Assembly (NCBI GenBank): GCA_051294375.1
Contig: CM119265.1
Coordinates: forward strand, 22,712,591 to 22,776,590
Source: Paraspadella gotoi
Taxonomy: Eukaryota; Animalia; Chaetognatha
DNA: 64,000 nt
Reading direction: 5' to 3'
The position numbers were made by a program, and so were the translations under genes. Of this stretch, positions 13,845-26,500 are shown piece after piece (within the stretch, counting starts at the first letter, position 1; each line of letters starts with the position of its first letter). Under the pieces are notes generated by a model. It did not search any database. It saw only the letters and a list, made by a program, of their open reading frames with translations, and was not told the DNA's origin.

Positions 13845-14557
13845 TAGAGTTACGATAACCGTTAACAGTTAACGGTTATTAACGGTTAAAAATTATTTTA
13901 ACCTAACCGTTAATATATTTATTTTAACGGTTAAATTCGGTTAATTTTTAAATATGATTTTTTTTATTTTTTGGTATAAAATCTTTGATTTTTTGAAAGA
14001 AAAGTAATTTTTTCTTGTCCTCTCTTATTCTCCTTATGGCTTATGAAAAAATAAAAACAAAAAACAAGCGTTCAAGAAACTAACATCAAGAAAAATAATG
14101 AAGAGATATAACGAAAGAGAAAGAGAAAGAGAGAGAAAGAAAAGATAAAACATAGAATTAGAATTACATTGTGGTTTTTCTTTCTTTGTCCTTTTATATA
14201 TTTTTATTATGCTATGAGGTAAAAGAAAAAGTTTTGTAAGTAAGATTTATCACGATGCATTATCTGATTAGCTAAATTATCATAGGTATTAGGTAGATTC
14301 AAAATAGTTTGCTCAAATCAATTTTTAATTTACTAACTAAAATATGTACCTATCTATCTGAAATAGAAGATAAAAAAGATTCAGGAGCAAGAGTTAAAGA
14401 TAAAATACCATTAAATACTTTAGTTTGATTTAAATAATAATATTTTAAATTTAAAGTAAAATTTTAAAATTAACCGATTTTAACGGTTAACCGTTAAAAA
14501 TATTAGTTTTAACGGTTAAGCTAAATTTTTCTAAAATTAACGGTTATCGGAACCCTA
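13845..14557. mobile_element. Non-autonomous hAT-type DNA transposon (MITE), 713 bp
   Basis: Terminal inverted repeats TAGAGTTACGATAACCGTTAA (left) and TAGGGTTCCGATAACCGTTAA (reverse complement of right end). Perfect 8-bp TSD GTCTCATC at 13837-13844 and 14558-14565. Multiple subterminal TAACGGTT/AACCGTTA motifs and an AT-rich non-coding interior. Confidence 0.92.
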
Positions 14558-14580
14558 GTCTCATCGTTGGCGATTTGAAT

Positions 14581-14591
14581 ATATTATCCAG
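14581..14591 (+). promoter_or_regulatory. Putative trans-splice acceptor 8 nt upstream of the ZMPSTE24 ATG (example of a recurring site)
   Basis: ATATTATCCAG|GTAAAATAATG. Similar unpaired Y-rich AG sites lie before TRNAU1AP (9257), ZF (10726), MRPS31 (12383), CHCHD2 (27132), P4HA (27980), ILF2 (31422), ABCB1 (39907), GMF (44590) and FCF1 (57400). Confidence 0.5.
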
Positions 14592-14599
14592 GTAAAATA

Positions 14600-17500
14600 A
14601 TGGTCGAGATGGAAAAGGATTCCGAAGCGGACGTATCAGCCGTGCGCTGGAGAGCTCCATGTGATGATATCGATGAACTACTTTCTGACTATATGCCTTC
14701 AATGGATATTTTTCGATGCGTCTTTATTTTTATGTGGATCATGTACGTTTGGGAAACTTACCTGAGCTACAGACAACGACGAGTCTACCAAACGACTACT
14801 GCGATTCCCGCTGTATTGGAAGGTCAGATCGATGACGAAACTTTCCAAAAGGCCCGAGCTTACAGCCTTGATAAGTCGAATTTCGGATTTTGGAACGGGC
14901 TTTACGGGTGAGTTTCGAGATAACTGGATATTAATGGACGTTTCACCAAACTAGCGTTCTTTCACTAATGCGGTGCTGATTTCTATTTCAGTCAGATCGA
15001 AACCTCCCTCATCCTCATCTTCGACGGCATTCCATTCCTCTGGCGCATCTCTACCGACGTCCTCGCCCACTTCGATTACACCGCCGAACACGAGATTCTC
15101 CTTTCGCTCGTATTCACGCTCATCGCTTCTCTCTATTCCACCGTCACGGGTCTCCCCTGGTCGCTCTATTCGACTTTCGTGCTGGAGGAACGTCACGGAT
15201 TCAACAAACAGACGCTGCCTTTCTACGTCAAGGATAAGTTCAAGAAGTTCCTGCTTTTCCAAGCCATAGGTCTTCCAATTATGGCCTTGCTGTTGTTAAT
15301 CATCAAGGCGGGTGGTGATTACTTCTTCATCTACGCCTGGCTCTTCGTCCTCATCACCACCTTGTTTATGATGACCGTGTATCCCGACTTCATTGCCCCG
15401 CTTTTCGATCGCTACGATCCACTTCCGGAGAGCTCTCTCAAAACGAAGATTGAGAACCTGGTGGGCGACTCTGACGATATTTTCCCACTTTTTTTTTCTT
15501 TTTATTTTTATAGTTTTTATTTTATCCAACAGGCGGCTTCGATCGAATTTCCATTGACCAAACTTTACGTAGTCGATGGCAGCACCCGATCCAGTCACAG
15601 CAACGCCTACTTTTACGGATTCTTTAACAACAAAAGGATCGTCCTCTTCGATACGTTGATGGAGAGCTACGTGCCGCCGCCCAAGCCGCGGAAGGATGAG
15701 GCTCAGGAGCAAAGTGAAGATGGAAAAGAGGAGACGGAGCAGAAGATGGAGCAGGAGACGGAGCACGTGACGGAGCAGGAGACGGAGCACGTGACGGAGC
15801 AGGAGATGGATCTCAAATACGGCAGTGACGAGGGAGAAAACAAGAACGGTAATTTTAATCCTCAGTTACGGCCTGTATGTTCGTCATTTATTCTTTATAT
15901 ATATATATTCTATTAAAACAAAAGAAAGCGCTCCTCTCGTAAACGCTTAAATTCGAAGTTCTTTCCCAGTCTGCGAAAATAACAAAAGAGTCACGAAGAT
16001 TAAGTCGCATTAAATTTTGGGTCATGTGATCGTTTTTTAAGGTGATCACGTGACTTCACTAGTATGAGATATTTGCTCCTTAAAAATGCTCATAACTCGG
16101 GTAATTCTTTATTAATTAAGTTCATATTTTAGGTTAACTAATAAAGCTTTTTTTGCCGAAAGTTAGTAGGGAATTCGAATCATTTTAATGAGAGTACAGG
16201 TATTTGGTAATTGCGATACAGATTTTCTTTAAGGTACCATTTGAAGGTTTCACAACTTTCAGGTCACTTTATAATATTATTATAAACTTTGTTCCTTTTC
16301 CCTACCACTACCAGAGTTAAACAACGAAACTACGAAGAAAGAAAAGAAAAAACTAGGATGCACAGACGATGAGGTTGTCGCCGTTTTGGGTCACGAGTTG
16401 GGTCATTGGTATCATAATCACGTCGCCAAACACATTGTTGCTTCACAGGTAAAAAAAATATTCGTTTAGGCTTTCCTGTTTTTGTACCAAAACATTTAAA
16501 AACAAATTGAAAAGATTTTTTTATCTCGCCAGACGGGCAAATGACCGAGTTGGGCGAGATATTAATTCGTTTCTGCTTCTTTTGACCGTAGTCGTCGTCG
16601 TCGTTACGCTGTTTTAATATTGAAAATAGCTCAAGTGTGTAACCATAGGAAGCTGAAAATTTAGATATAGCTTTTCTTCATTGAGGTCTTTTAAATTGTT
16701 ATGTTTCATATTCCGGCATTCATTTGATTGTTTTATTTACAAAACAATTTTTATATATATAGATGCAGCGACTGTCCAGCAGCTGTGCAGTTTCTTTTTT
16801 TCTCTCTCTCTTTTAATTATATGTCACTCTTTTTTTTCATCGCAGCTTCTTCTGATTGGTCTGAAAACAAGTTTGCTTTGCAGCGGCTGTCCAGCTTATC
16901 TTTTTCTTTCTCTCTCTCTTTCTCTCTCACTCATACACACATTTGTTTCTTTTATTTACAATGAATGACTCATCGTTTCAGTGAATGTTTATCATCGCTT
17001 CAGTGAGTGATTATTATCGCCTCTGTGAATGATTATTATCGCATCAATGAATGATTAATAATCATTGATTCTATCATGTCGCTCCTCTCCACCACGTAGT
17101 TGCTCTTTTGTTCCAGATGTCGTGTTGTCCACAAGAAAGGACAAAAGAAAAAACGGAAAAGCAGGTCCTCCTGCTCTTCCTCCTCCTCCTCTTCCTCCTC
17201 TCAGATACTAGCTCAGGGAAAGCAACGCCACGAAATCACTTTTTTTGTTCACGACTTGTCGTTCACAGGTTTGATATTTTGATATTTTGATATTTTTGAA
17301 ATTTTTGAAATTTTTTAATTATTTTTGGAAATAATTTGATATACGGAAATTCTTTTCCCTTCCGAGATTTGTTTCATTCAGTTTGGGGTGAATCTCGAGT
17401 CGGTTTCGGTTTATGTCAAAGATGTCCGAGCTCGCAAACCGAAATCGAGCCCGCGTAAAAGCGGTCAAAAGCGAGCGAGCGGGCCCGGAAATGGGTCTGA

Positions 17501-20500
17501 CTCCGGAGCCGCCCGACGTTTTAGGGGCCTGTCTCCGCCTCCTCCACCTCCCGTAACGGCCTCTGTTCTCCCGGGGTGAACATGCCGCTAGGGCGCCGCC
17601 GAGGTCCGCGACCCGCCGCTGGGTTTTCCCTGGTGGGCTCGAGGCCGGGTGCACCGACTTATCATCGGCGTATGGTGGTAGGGGAGAGGACGTGGTGCAT
17701 TCGCCTAAAAGGACTCGGCTCTTAGCGGGAAACGAATCAATTGGCATGATACAGGGGATTCGCCTTTTTTCAGCAGCAGTGGAGGAGTTTCAACGTTCCT
17801 GCGTCGGATATGGCTTCGTGGCAACGGTGAGTTGATGTTCTCTTATTTTGTGATTTTGCCTTTTTGGCATACATTAGTGAAATTTTTTCGATTATTTTCG
17901 CTCCACCAATTCGACTTTGTCTGTTTTTTTGTTTTTATCCTCGCCGCTCTTGTTACTGGAGCAACTACGTGGTGGAGAGGAGCGACATGATAGAATTTAT
18001 GGTTCCAAATGGAACCGGGATTCTTCATGGCTCCTCTCCACCACGTGGTCTCCCGCCGTCCACCCCTGACGCCACCGGTGGTGGAGGGCGGCTTCGGGGT
18101 TTTTTTTGTCTCTTTGGTTGCGCTTATCTAATCAGTTTTTTTCTTTTCTTTTTCATGTACGATGTTCATGGCTCCTGGAATTTCACTTTTATCTCCGCAT
18201 CAACCTTCTACTGCTGCTGCTGATTCGTTTCCAGTGATCAAGTCCGCGCTTTTGCGCCAGAGGCTTGTCATGCTAACCCGGCTCTTCCTAAGTCGGGATA
18301 TGGAGTTGATTCTTCTCAATCAACATCTGCAAATGTTGTTGCACCGGACGATGATTTATCTGGTTCAGAGGAAGGCGAACTCTCATCCACTTCTGATGCT
18401 CCAGTGGGATTTGAGACTTTTATTCCCAACGCAAGACTGCATCAGTTCCTTCGGAGTGGGTGTGTCAGCAATGGAAGGAGCTGCGTTCTGTTGGTTCTTC
18501 CGGGACGCTCGCCAAGGGTTGGGAGCCCGGTCAACGCAGATCTATTTATGCTCGATGGGTTGATGGATCTTCCCCTGCTGTCTTTGGACCTCCCATGAAG
18601 GATACTTGTGTCTCTGCACAATTTGATGCCGTTTCCAAGGACGCAAATCGGCCTGCTCTTTTCAAGCAGCTCCTCGCTCTATGAGAGATGCAGGGGCCGT
18701 AGCTCATTCTGTCTTCACACTGCAGAAGGCCTGAAATTTATCATTGCGTCTCTCAAAGCTTCTGGCGCAGATCCGAACTGATTTTGGATTTGGAGACTTT
18801 GGCTGCTCCCTCAAGGATGCAGCTTCAATGTCGGCGTTTTCTTTTAATTCGCTTTGGCTGAATCTCGGCGTCTGGTGTGCAGTCTTCTCCGAAGGAGCTT
18901 AAAGCTACACTGACGGATTCCCCTCCTTCTGTGGATTTTTATTTTGGGAATCGATCGACGGAGGTTTCTGCGGCTATCCATTCCTCTCTTTTCAAGGCTC
19001 AAGCTTTTCGCCCCAGAAATAATGCAGCTCCGCGGAAGAGATTTGCTAAGTCCAGGGGTTCCTACAAGCCTTATCGCAAGTCCGCGTCCTTTAGCGTTCG
19101 GGAAAGGGGGATGGGGCGGCGTCGAAGGACTCCAAATGACTTCCTTGACGCCCCCTCGGCCGTCGCCTCGTCCGGCCCTTTGGACATCAAGACCATGGAT
19201 CTGTCCCAGGACTCGATTTTGTCTTCTCCGGCCCGTCTTCCCACTTCCCGGTGGGAGGGCGCTTGCAACACTTCGTCCCTTTTTGGGCGGATTTGGTCGG
19301 ACAGGATTCTCCTTTCTACAAACGTGAAAGGATTCCTCATTGCAGGAGCGAACAGGATTCCTACCAGGATGCCTCTCCCTTCGGACGAGACCCCTTCTTT
19401 TGGGGACAGGGACTCCTCATCGACGACGAGATAGCGGCAGCTTTGGAAAAGGGTGCCGTGGAGGAGGTGGAGCCTTCTCCGGGGTATTATTCCAAGATTT
19501 TTCTGGTTCCCAAAAAAGATGGGGGATGGAGGCCGATTCTAAATTTGAAGAAGCTCAACAAGTCCTTCATTGTCCCTCCTTACTTCCGGATGGAAGGTTG
19601 TCAAGATGTTCGGAAGATGGTTCTTCCGGGGGACTGGGCGTCGTCTATCGATCTTCGCGACGCCTATCTCCATTGCCTCTTCATGTGGATCATCGCAAGT
19701 TTTGCGGTTCATTTGGAGAGGGCGCGTTTATCAGTACAAGTCCTTCCTTTCGGTTTGGCAACCGGTCCCTGGCTATTCACCAAGACGACACGCCCGTTAG
19801 TCGCCTGGCTCCGCAAGAGGGGCATCAGGTGCCTTTTCTACATAGACGATATTCTGATACTGGGGACCTCGCAAGAGGAGTGTCTGGTGAACACTCTCAC
19901 AGCTCTTCGACTCTTGAAGGATGCGGGTTTCATCATCCATCCCAAGAAGTCAAGTTTGGTTCCGACGCAAGTTTTTCAGTTCTTGGGTCTCCAATGGGAC
20001 GGGGCGCTTCATCGAGTTGCCTCCCTTGGACGAAGATTTTGTCACTTCGCGAGATGGCCGCCTCTCTCCTGCTAGAGCCCACTCCATCAGCCCTTCAGGT
20101 TCTTCGCCTGCTGGGTCTTGCGACCGCAGCCTCTTTGGCAGTCCCGCTCATTCGTTGCAGAGCGGCAAGGATTCAACGCGACGTCAATCGTGTCTACTCC
20201 ACGGAGAAGGATCTGGGGAAGACAGTCCTTCTTTCGGAGGCGGCGAGAGTGGAGCTACGTTGGATGTCAAAGCTCGAGATCCAGGATTGCTTTGCTCCGA
20301 TCGCCGATGTTCTCCCGGATTCTTGCACGGCGGAAGTGACGACGGATGCCTCCCAGGAGGGTTGGGGCTTCCTGTTTCGCGGGCTCTTCACCGGGGGATT
20401 TGGGAAGTTGTGGATGCCCATCTCCATATAACTGTGAAGGAGTTCATGGTCCTGCTCAAGTTCCTGCGTTCCTTCGGTCAGCAGATCCAGGGCTGCAATC

Positions 20501-23500
20501 TTTTGTGGAAGACCGACAGCTTAGTGTCTCTGGTTTGTCTCCGCCGCTCCTGCAGCCGCTCACAGGATCTTCACGAAGTTGTCAGGGATTCTCTCCTTCT
20601 GGCTCAGTCTCTGCAGATCACAATTGTGGGGACGCACATTTCATCGGAGGAGAATTTGATCGCGGATGCAGCATCACGCGGAAGAGCAGTTCAGGATTGG
20701 CATCTCTCTCCCCAAGTTTTTCGACGGATTTCGACGCGTCTGGGTTTGCCCCAGATAGATCTGTTTGCGACGGCGCTCTCCCGTCAAGTTCCTCGCTACT
20801 TCTCTTGGAAGATGGAGGAGGATTCTCTCGGACTGGATGCCCTCAGTCAAGTTTGGATTTTCGACAGGGCTTACGTGTTTCCCCCTCTCCCATTGATCCC
20901 GAAGGTGATCCTCAAGTTGAGGGAGGCCCAGGGGGAGTTTCTTCTGGTGACGCCCTTTTGGCCAGCCCAGAAGTGGTTTCCGCTGTTGTTGACTCTTCGG
21001 TGTTGGAGGTTTTTCGTCTCCCGTGGTCTCGTCGATTGTGTTGGACAAAGCCACGGATGCTCCTCCCAAGCTCTCGGATCGCCTCAAGTTGGTCGTCTGG
21101 AGGATTATAGGAGGGCGCACGGTCTCCAAGACCTCAACAACTCAGCTTTTTCACTCATCTCCGACAGCTGGAGGGGATCTACAGGATCCCGTTACGACAG
21201 GGTCTGGCGATGTTTTGACTCCTTCCTTCAGCGTAGGGGCCTTCGAGGACATCAGGCCGCTTGAAGGACGTTCTCGAGTATCTCGCTCATCTCAGCGACG
21301 ACGGTCTGTCTTATAGCACAGTGAATTTGCACAGATCGGCAATCTCCGCAACTTTGCCTCATGTGGATGGTTCTCCAGTGGGTCAACATCCTTTGGTCTG
21401 CCGTTTGCTGAAGGGTGTCTTCCAAAACGCCCTCCTTCGCGCAGGATGTTCCCGGCTTGGAGTGTCGCCGCAGTTCTCGAGTTTTTGATACTTCGCCTCT
21501 ACCTATTTCTCCGGCTCATGTTTTGAGGAGTACAATTTTCCTCCTTGCCATGGCCTCTGCAAGAAGGCCTCAGAGTTTTTTCGCTTCGTTGTGGACCTGG
21601 TCACATGGATTTGGCTGCTGACCATGTTCGTTTTGTGCCTTCCAACTGTCCAAGACTGATAGTTTTCGTCGTCTTGGTCCTGCTTTTCGTTTGGATAGAC
21701 TGCATGGCTCAAGTCGTTGCCCAGTCTCAGCTTTGGTTTTTGGCTTCGTGTTCGTCAGGATTTGCGACCACAGCACGATTTCCTCTTTACTTCTCCATCG
21801 CCTCCTTATGGTCCATTATCTCTCCAACGTTTTTCATCGATTCTCAAGTCGATCTTTAGAGATGCGGACATCAACGCGCCCCCTGGCTCGACACGCGCTA
21901 TGGCTGTTTCGGAAGCTTTTGCCAAGGGCGTGGATCTGGACGTCATTCTACGTGCAGGGGATTGGTCTGGAGCACAGACCTTCTTCCGTTTTTACTGTCG
22001 GGAGTCGGCGTGGAGTCTCTCTCAGATGGGTCTTGTGGACTGAGTGATTTCGTGGCGTTCGCTTTCGCTGAGCTAGTATCTGAGAGGAGGAAGAGCAGGA
22101 GGAGGAAGAGCAGGAGGATCCTGCTTTTCCGTTTTTCTTTTGTCCTTTCTTGTGGACAACACGACATCTGGAACAAAAGAGCAACTACGTGGTGGAGAGG
22201 AGCCATGAAGAATCCCGGTTCCATTTGGAACCATAAATTTTTTGAAACACATGTAAAACATTACCTGAGATCGAAAAATCAAAAATTCGCTTGGCCAATT
22301 TTCCGTTCTATCGATTTATAATGCGATAAGATGCAAAAAATCGAAAAAAATAACAAATTTAAAGATAAAATAAAAGTTGTTAGAATTATTAATTTTAGTA
22401 AAATATAGCTAAATCAAGTATTTAAAACTGTTTTCAACTAAATAAATGTAAAAAACTTGTATTAATTAATGATTAAATATTATTAACATATTGCATTTTT
22501 TGTAAAAAAATACAAAAAATTGTAAACAATAAGAAAGATGGTTAATCAGAGAGTTTTAATCAAATATATATGAAATAAGGAGATATATAACTGTTTTCAT
22601 TTGTAAAAATTTACTTTATTAATTTTTAATTAATACATGAAGTTTTACATTTTTTAAACCACAAAAAATAAAGCAAAATAAACTAAGGCGATCAGGAAAT
22701 TAATAAATTTATGGATTTAGTCAAAGGGTATTTCCAACTCTCATAATATAAACAAAAAGAATAATAAATTGTAAGACATTGTCCTGTTAAAAAAATTCCT
22801 CTGAGGCAAGAGAGGTTTTGTTTATGATACAAAAGACATCAGGCCCTTTCACCCTCGCTGGCTACCTTACACTATTGATGCCCAGAAATCAAGTCTGATA
22901 TTTTTTTTTCTTCCATTTTATTGATTTTAAGATGAGAACAGTGAGGTTTATTTTTTTATATTTACAAAATATATTGTTTGTAAATGTTAAAAACTGTTTT
23001 ATTATTTTTTTCATCATATTCTTCTGTCATCGTCTATTCATGAGATACTAATGGTGCTAAATAATAAAAAGTGCTTTATTGTATCCTTTTGAATTCTGAT
23101 CAGAGCTATCCTTAGCAAGGGATATGATTATAAAAAATATTTATGAAATAAAATAAATTTAATAATAAAAAAATAATTTTTCATTGGGTGAACAAATTCT
23201 GCTAACAAGAGAGTGCTTTGGATGGATTGATATATGCCATTTTATCAAGTCTTGAATGTGTAGGGGTAGCTGTACAAAGAGTATTGTATAAAGCACCAAC
23301 GGTTGGCCAACACAGAGATCTGGGATGGGGAAATTAGGGAAGCTGGCAAAGACAGTTTTGATATGCTTTCTTTTTAGGCACAATATTGGTAGCCGGGACC
23401 AGGGCTTAAAACATAACCAACTGCAAACCGCCAGAGAGCAACAATTTGTTGATTAATGTAACTATATTGTCGGGAATGGGCATCAGAGGCAGAAGATACA

Positions 23501-26500
23501 ATTGAATATGAAGAAAATATTTTGCATTGAGTTGACGCATTTTCTTACTGACTCACAAATAAGGATAAAACATAAAAATATGGTTAAGAATACAAACAAG
23601 CTGTCTTAAAACCGTTGGACGTCAGAGGCAACTGTCCCTGACTAGTAAAAAATGCTTTACATAAAAAATAATCAGGTAATTTTCCCGAGTTTAGTTTTTT
23701 TAATCGTCATCGTGTTCTTTCTCTCGAAAAATGGGGCAAATTAAGACGCCGATAACCAATTCACGGCCGTCAGAACAAACGGCAATACAATTTAGGGTTA
23801 TATTTATTTATATTTATTGTTAAAAATTAATTCCTATTAAAAATACTGGAGGTTTTTTAAAACACTGTTAGTTTTTTAAGATTAAGTATTTTTAATCTCA
23901 GGTTATTATATTTTTACCTTAAAAATCAAACTGATTAATTTCATTTGCATGTATAAACTTAACATCCTCATCGCCAAAATATTTGTTTATAAATAAACTG
24001 ACCAACTAGTTCCATATTCTTAACATCCTTGTTATACAGACTAAAATGAGCTAACAAATTGTTAAAAGAAATTAATTGAGGTTTAGGAAAATGGTCATAA
24101 AATATCCTTTGAACTAAAATTAATTTTGCTAAACAAATTGTAGTAGTTGTCATTATTGTTATTATAAATTGTACTCATTTTTAACAGAGTAGTTCTTATT
24201 TTAAATGATTTTACCAATATTTTATTAGAATTTTTTCATTTTGATAAAAAAAAATTAGATCGGCCAGAGCGATCTAAGGGAGGGAGAATGGTAATGGGTA
24301 AGGCTTATGGTAAGTCAACTAATATTTTTTTGGTAAAGATTATTATAAGCTGTATAAAGTTTAATGTAGCTACTAACAGCTTTTATAAGCTTTAAATTGG
24401 ATTTTGACTGCATTATGTGGCTTGATACTTATTTTCTATTTTGCTTAATTTTTAGTAATTTTTATGAAAATACTTAACTTTTAAAATTATTCAATATTTA
24501 TTTAAACAGATTTTTTTACATTTTTATGGATGAAAACGGGTTTAAATTCTTTGTTTAAGCTATATTTCACTAACAAAAGTGAACTTAACCAGCTTTCTTT
24601 GATATCAAATTTTGCCATTTTTTTCAATTTTTTTGCATCAAATTGCTTTATAAAATCGATAAAACGGAAAAATTGAGCGAGCGAATTTTTATTTTTTTCA
24701 TCTTGGGGAATAGTATTATATCAAATACAAAAAATTAAGGGGGCACAAGAGGTCATATATCATATCTTGTATTTATGCTCCGCGCTAGTAGATATCCTCG
24801 TTGTTTCCACCAGGTAAATCTGGCCGACCAATGTAAATCAGTCACCACCTTCGCGGGAGCCGGCACAACTGGTGGGATGAACAGTTGCCAATGGGTGGAG
24901 TTAACAGCGTCAACGTGCTCCAAGCGATCCTGACGAGATCTTCCAGGATCTCGAACAGACGTCAAAAGCTTTTTAGTATACGTCGACGACCTATCTTTGA
25001 CGCGAAATCGCCAGAGGACATGGCCCAGAGACTCCGCGACCTCCTCCAAAGGTGCAGAGATGAAAATGTCGTCCTCAAATGGACCAAAAGTGTCCATATT
25101 ACGAAAAAGAGGATATCAAGATCTTAGGATTCAGCATCTCCATAAAGCAAACTGATGCCACAAAAAGCAAAACTCAAAGCAGTTGAGGTCAAGCTGATAA
25201 CGCTCAAAACACAAAAAGAGCTAAGAGCAATCGCTCGCCTCACTCCAATTATTACAGATGTTTTAGCACATCGCTTTTCATACATTGCCCAGCCCCTCCA
25301 CGCACTCACTCTCCTGGACAAAAAAGATTTCAAACTGTCGAGAAACACCATTGCAATGCTGCAACATTAATCAGCGAAATAAAATCGTCGCCGGGATGAA
25401 ATTTTTCTAAACGATGCCAGGATAAAACATGTCTTACAGGATATACGCTGACGCCAGCACAAGCGCAATGGGTGGTCTCATCACCGCACGGCCGACGGCG
25501 CGAATATCCANNNNNNNNNNNNNNNNNNNNNNNNNNNNNNNNNNNNNNNNNNNNNNNNNNNNNNNNNNNNNNNNNNNNNNNNNNNNNNNNNNNNNNNNNN
25601 NNNNNNNNNNTGGCGAGATCACTATACTTTTAAGATTTTTAGTCGGATCTATAATTAATAATTAATCTATAATTCACTTTGTCGGTCCGCCCCCTCAATA
25701 TTGTCGGGCACTCACTTATATCATGTCAGAACATCAAATTATGCAAAAAATCGATGTCCGTCCGTCCGTCCGTCCGTCCGTCCCACCTTAGCAAAAAACA
25801 CCAATTACTCGTGATTGGATGGATGGATTGGAATGAAATTTTGTATGTGGGTAGGGAAGTGTGTGATTGAGCTGTATATGAAGTTCCGATGGAATCGTCC
25901 GAGTGGAAATGAGTTTAAATGGAAAAAAAAAATTTCACTATTTGATCACCAATTATTCATGAGTGGATAGGGCGATTTCCTTGAAATTTTGTATTTGGGT
26001 AGAAAAGTGTGTGATTAAACTGGAAATCAAGTTTCGATGGAATCGTTGTTAGAGGGTGATTGTTGTGACATGAATCAAATAGACAATGTTTAATAATAAC
26101 ATGCATCGGCAAGTTCCGAGTCTTTGAGATTGTCCATGATATTGTCTCCCACATCGTTTGAGTGGAAATGAGTTTAAATGGAAAAAACAAAGAACCTATT
26201 TCACTAATTGATTGCTTCTTTTTCTTTTTCTTTTAAATGTAATGCAAGATGAATAAATTAATCAAATAATTAATCAGTTAATTAATCAATTAGTCAATTA
26301 ATTAATCAATAATTAATTAATCAGTCAATTAATCAATCAAAACAAACATTTCTGATCAAATTAATGAAATTAATTATTAATTAATTAAATAATTAATTAA
26401 TTACCGATAATGATCGTGGGCAAATCCGACATTATTAGACCGATTCGGGAATGAGAAATTCGATGGTCTAATTTTTTTCTAATTTCTAACATCTCGTCTT

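Larger units (their letters stand above)
17068..22239 (+). mobile_element. Full-length DIRS1-like tyrosine-recombinase retrotransposon (frameshifted copy)
   Basis: About 160-bp inverted terminal repeats (17081-17240 and 22043-22203), unique terminal extensions, an internal complementary region at 17959-18046, RT-RNaseH-MT and YR coding remnants, and ATT at both termini. Confidence 0.96.

Noticed and set aside
16960-17066. Regularly spaced repeats resembling a CRISPR array
   Set aside because: They are head-to-tail degenerate units without unique spacers, in a eukaryotic intron with no cas genes.
22800-23650. Possible decayed transposase sequence in the large intron
   Set aside because: Only short broken frames with no motif I can assign.
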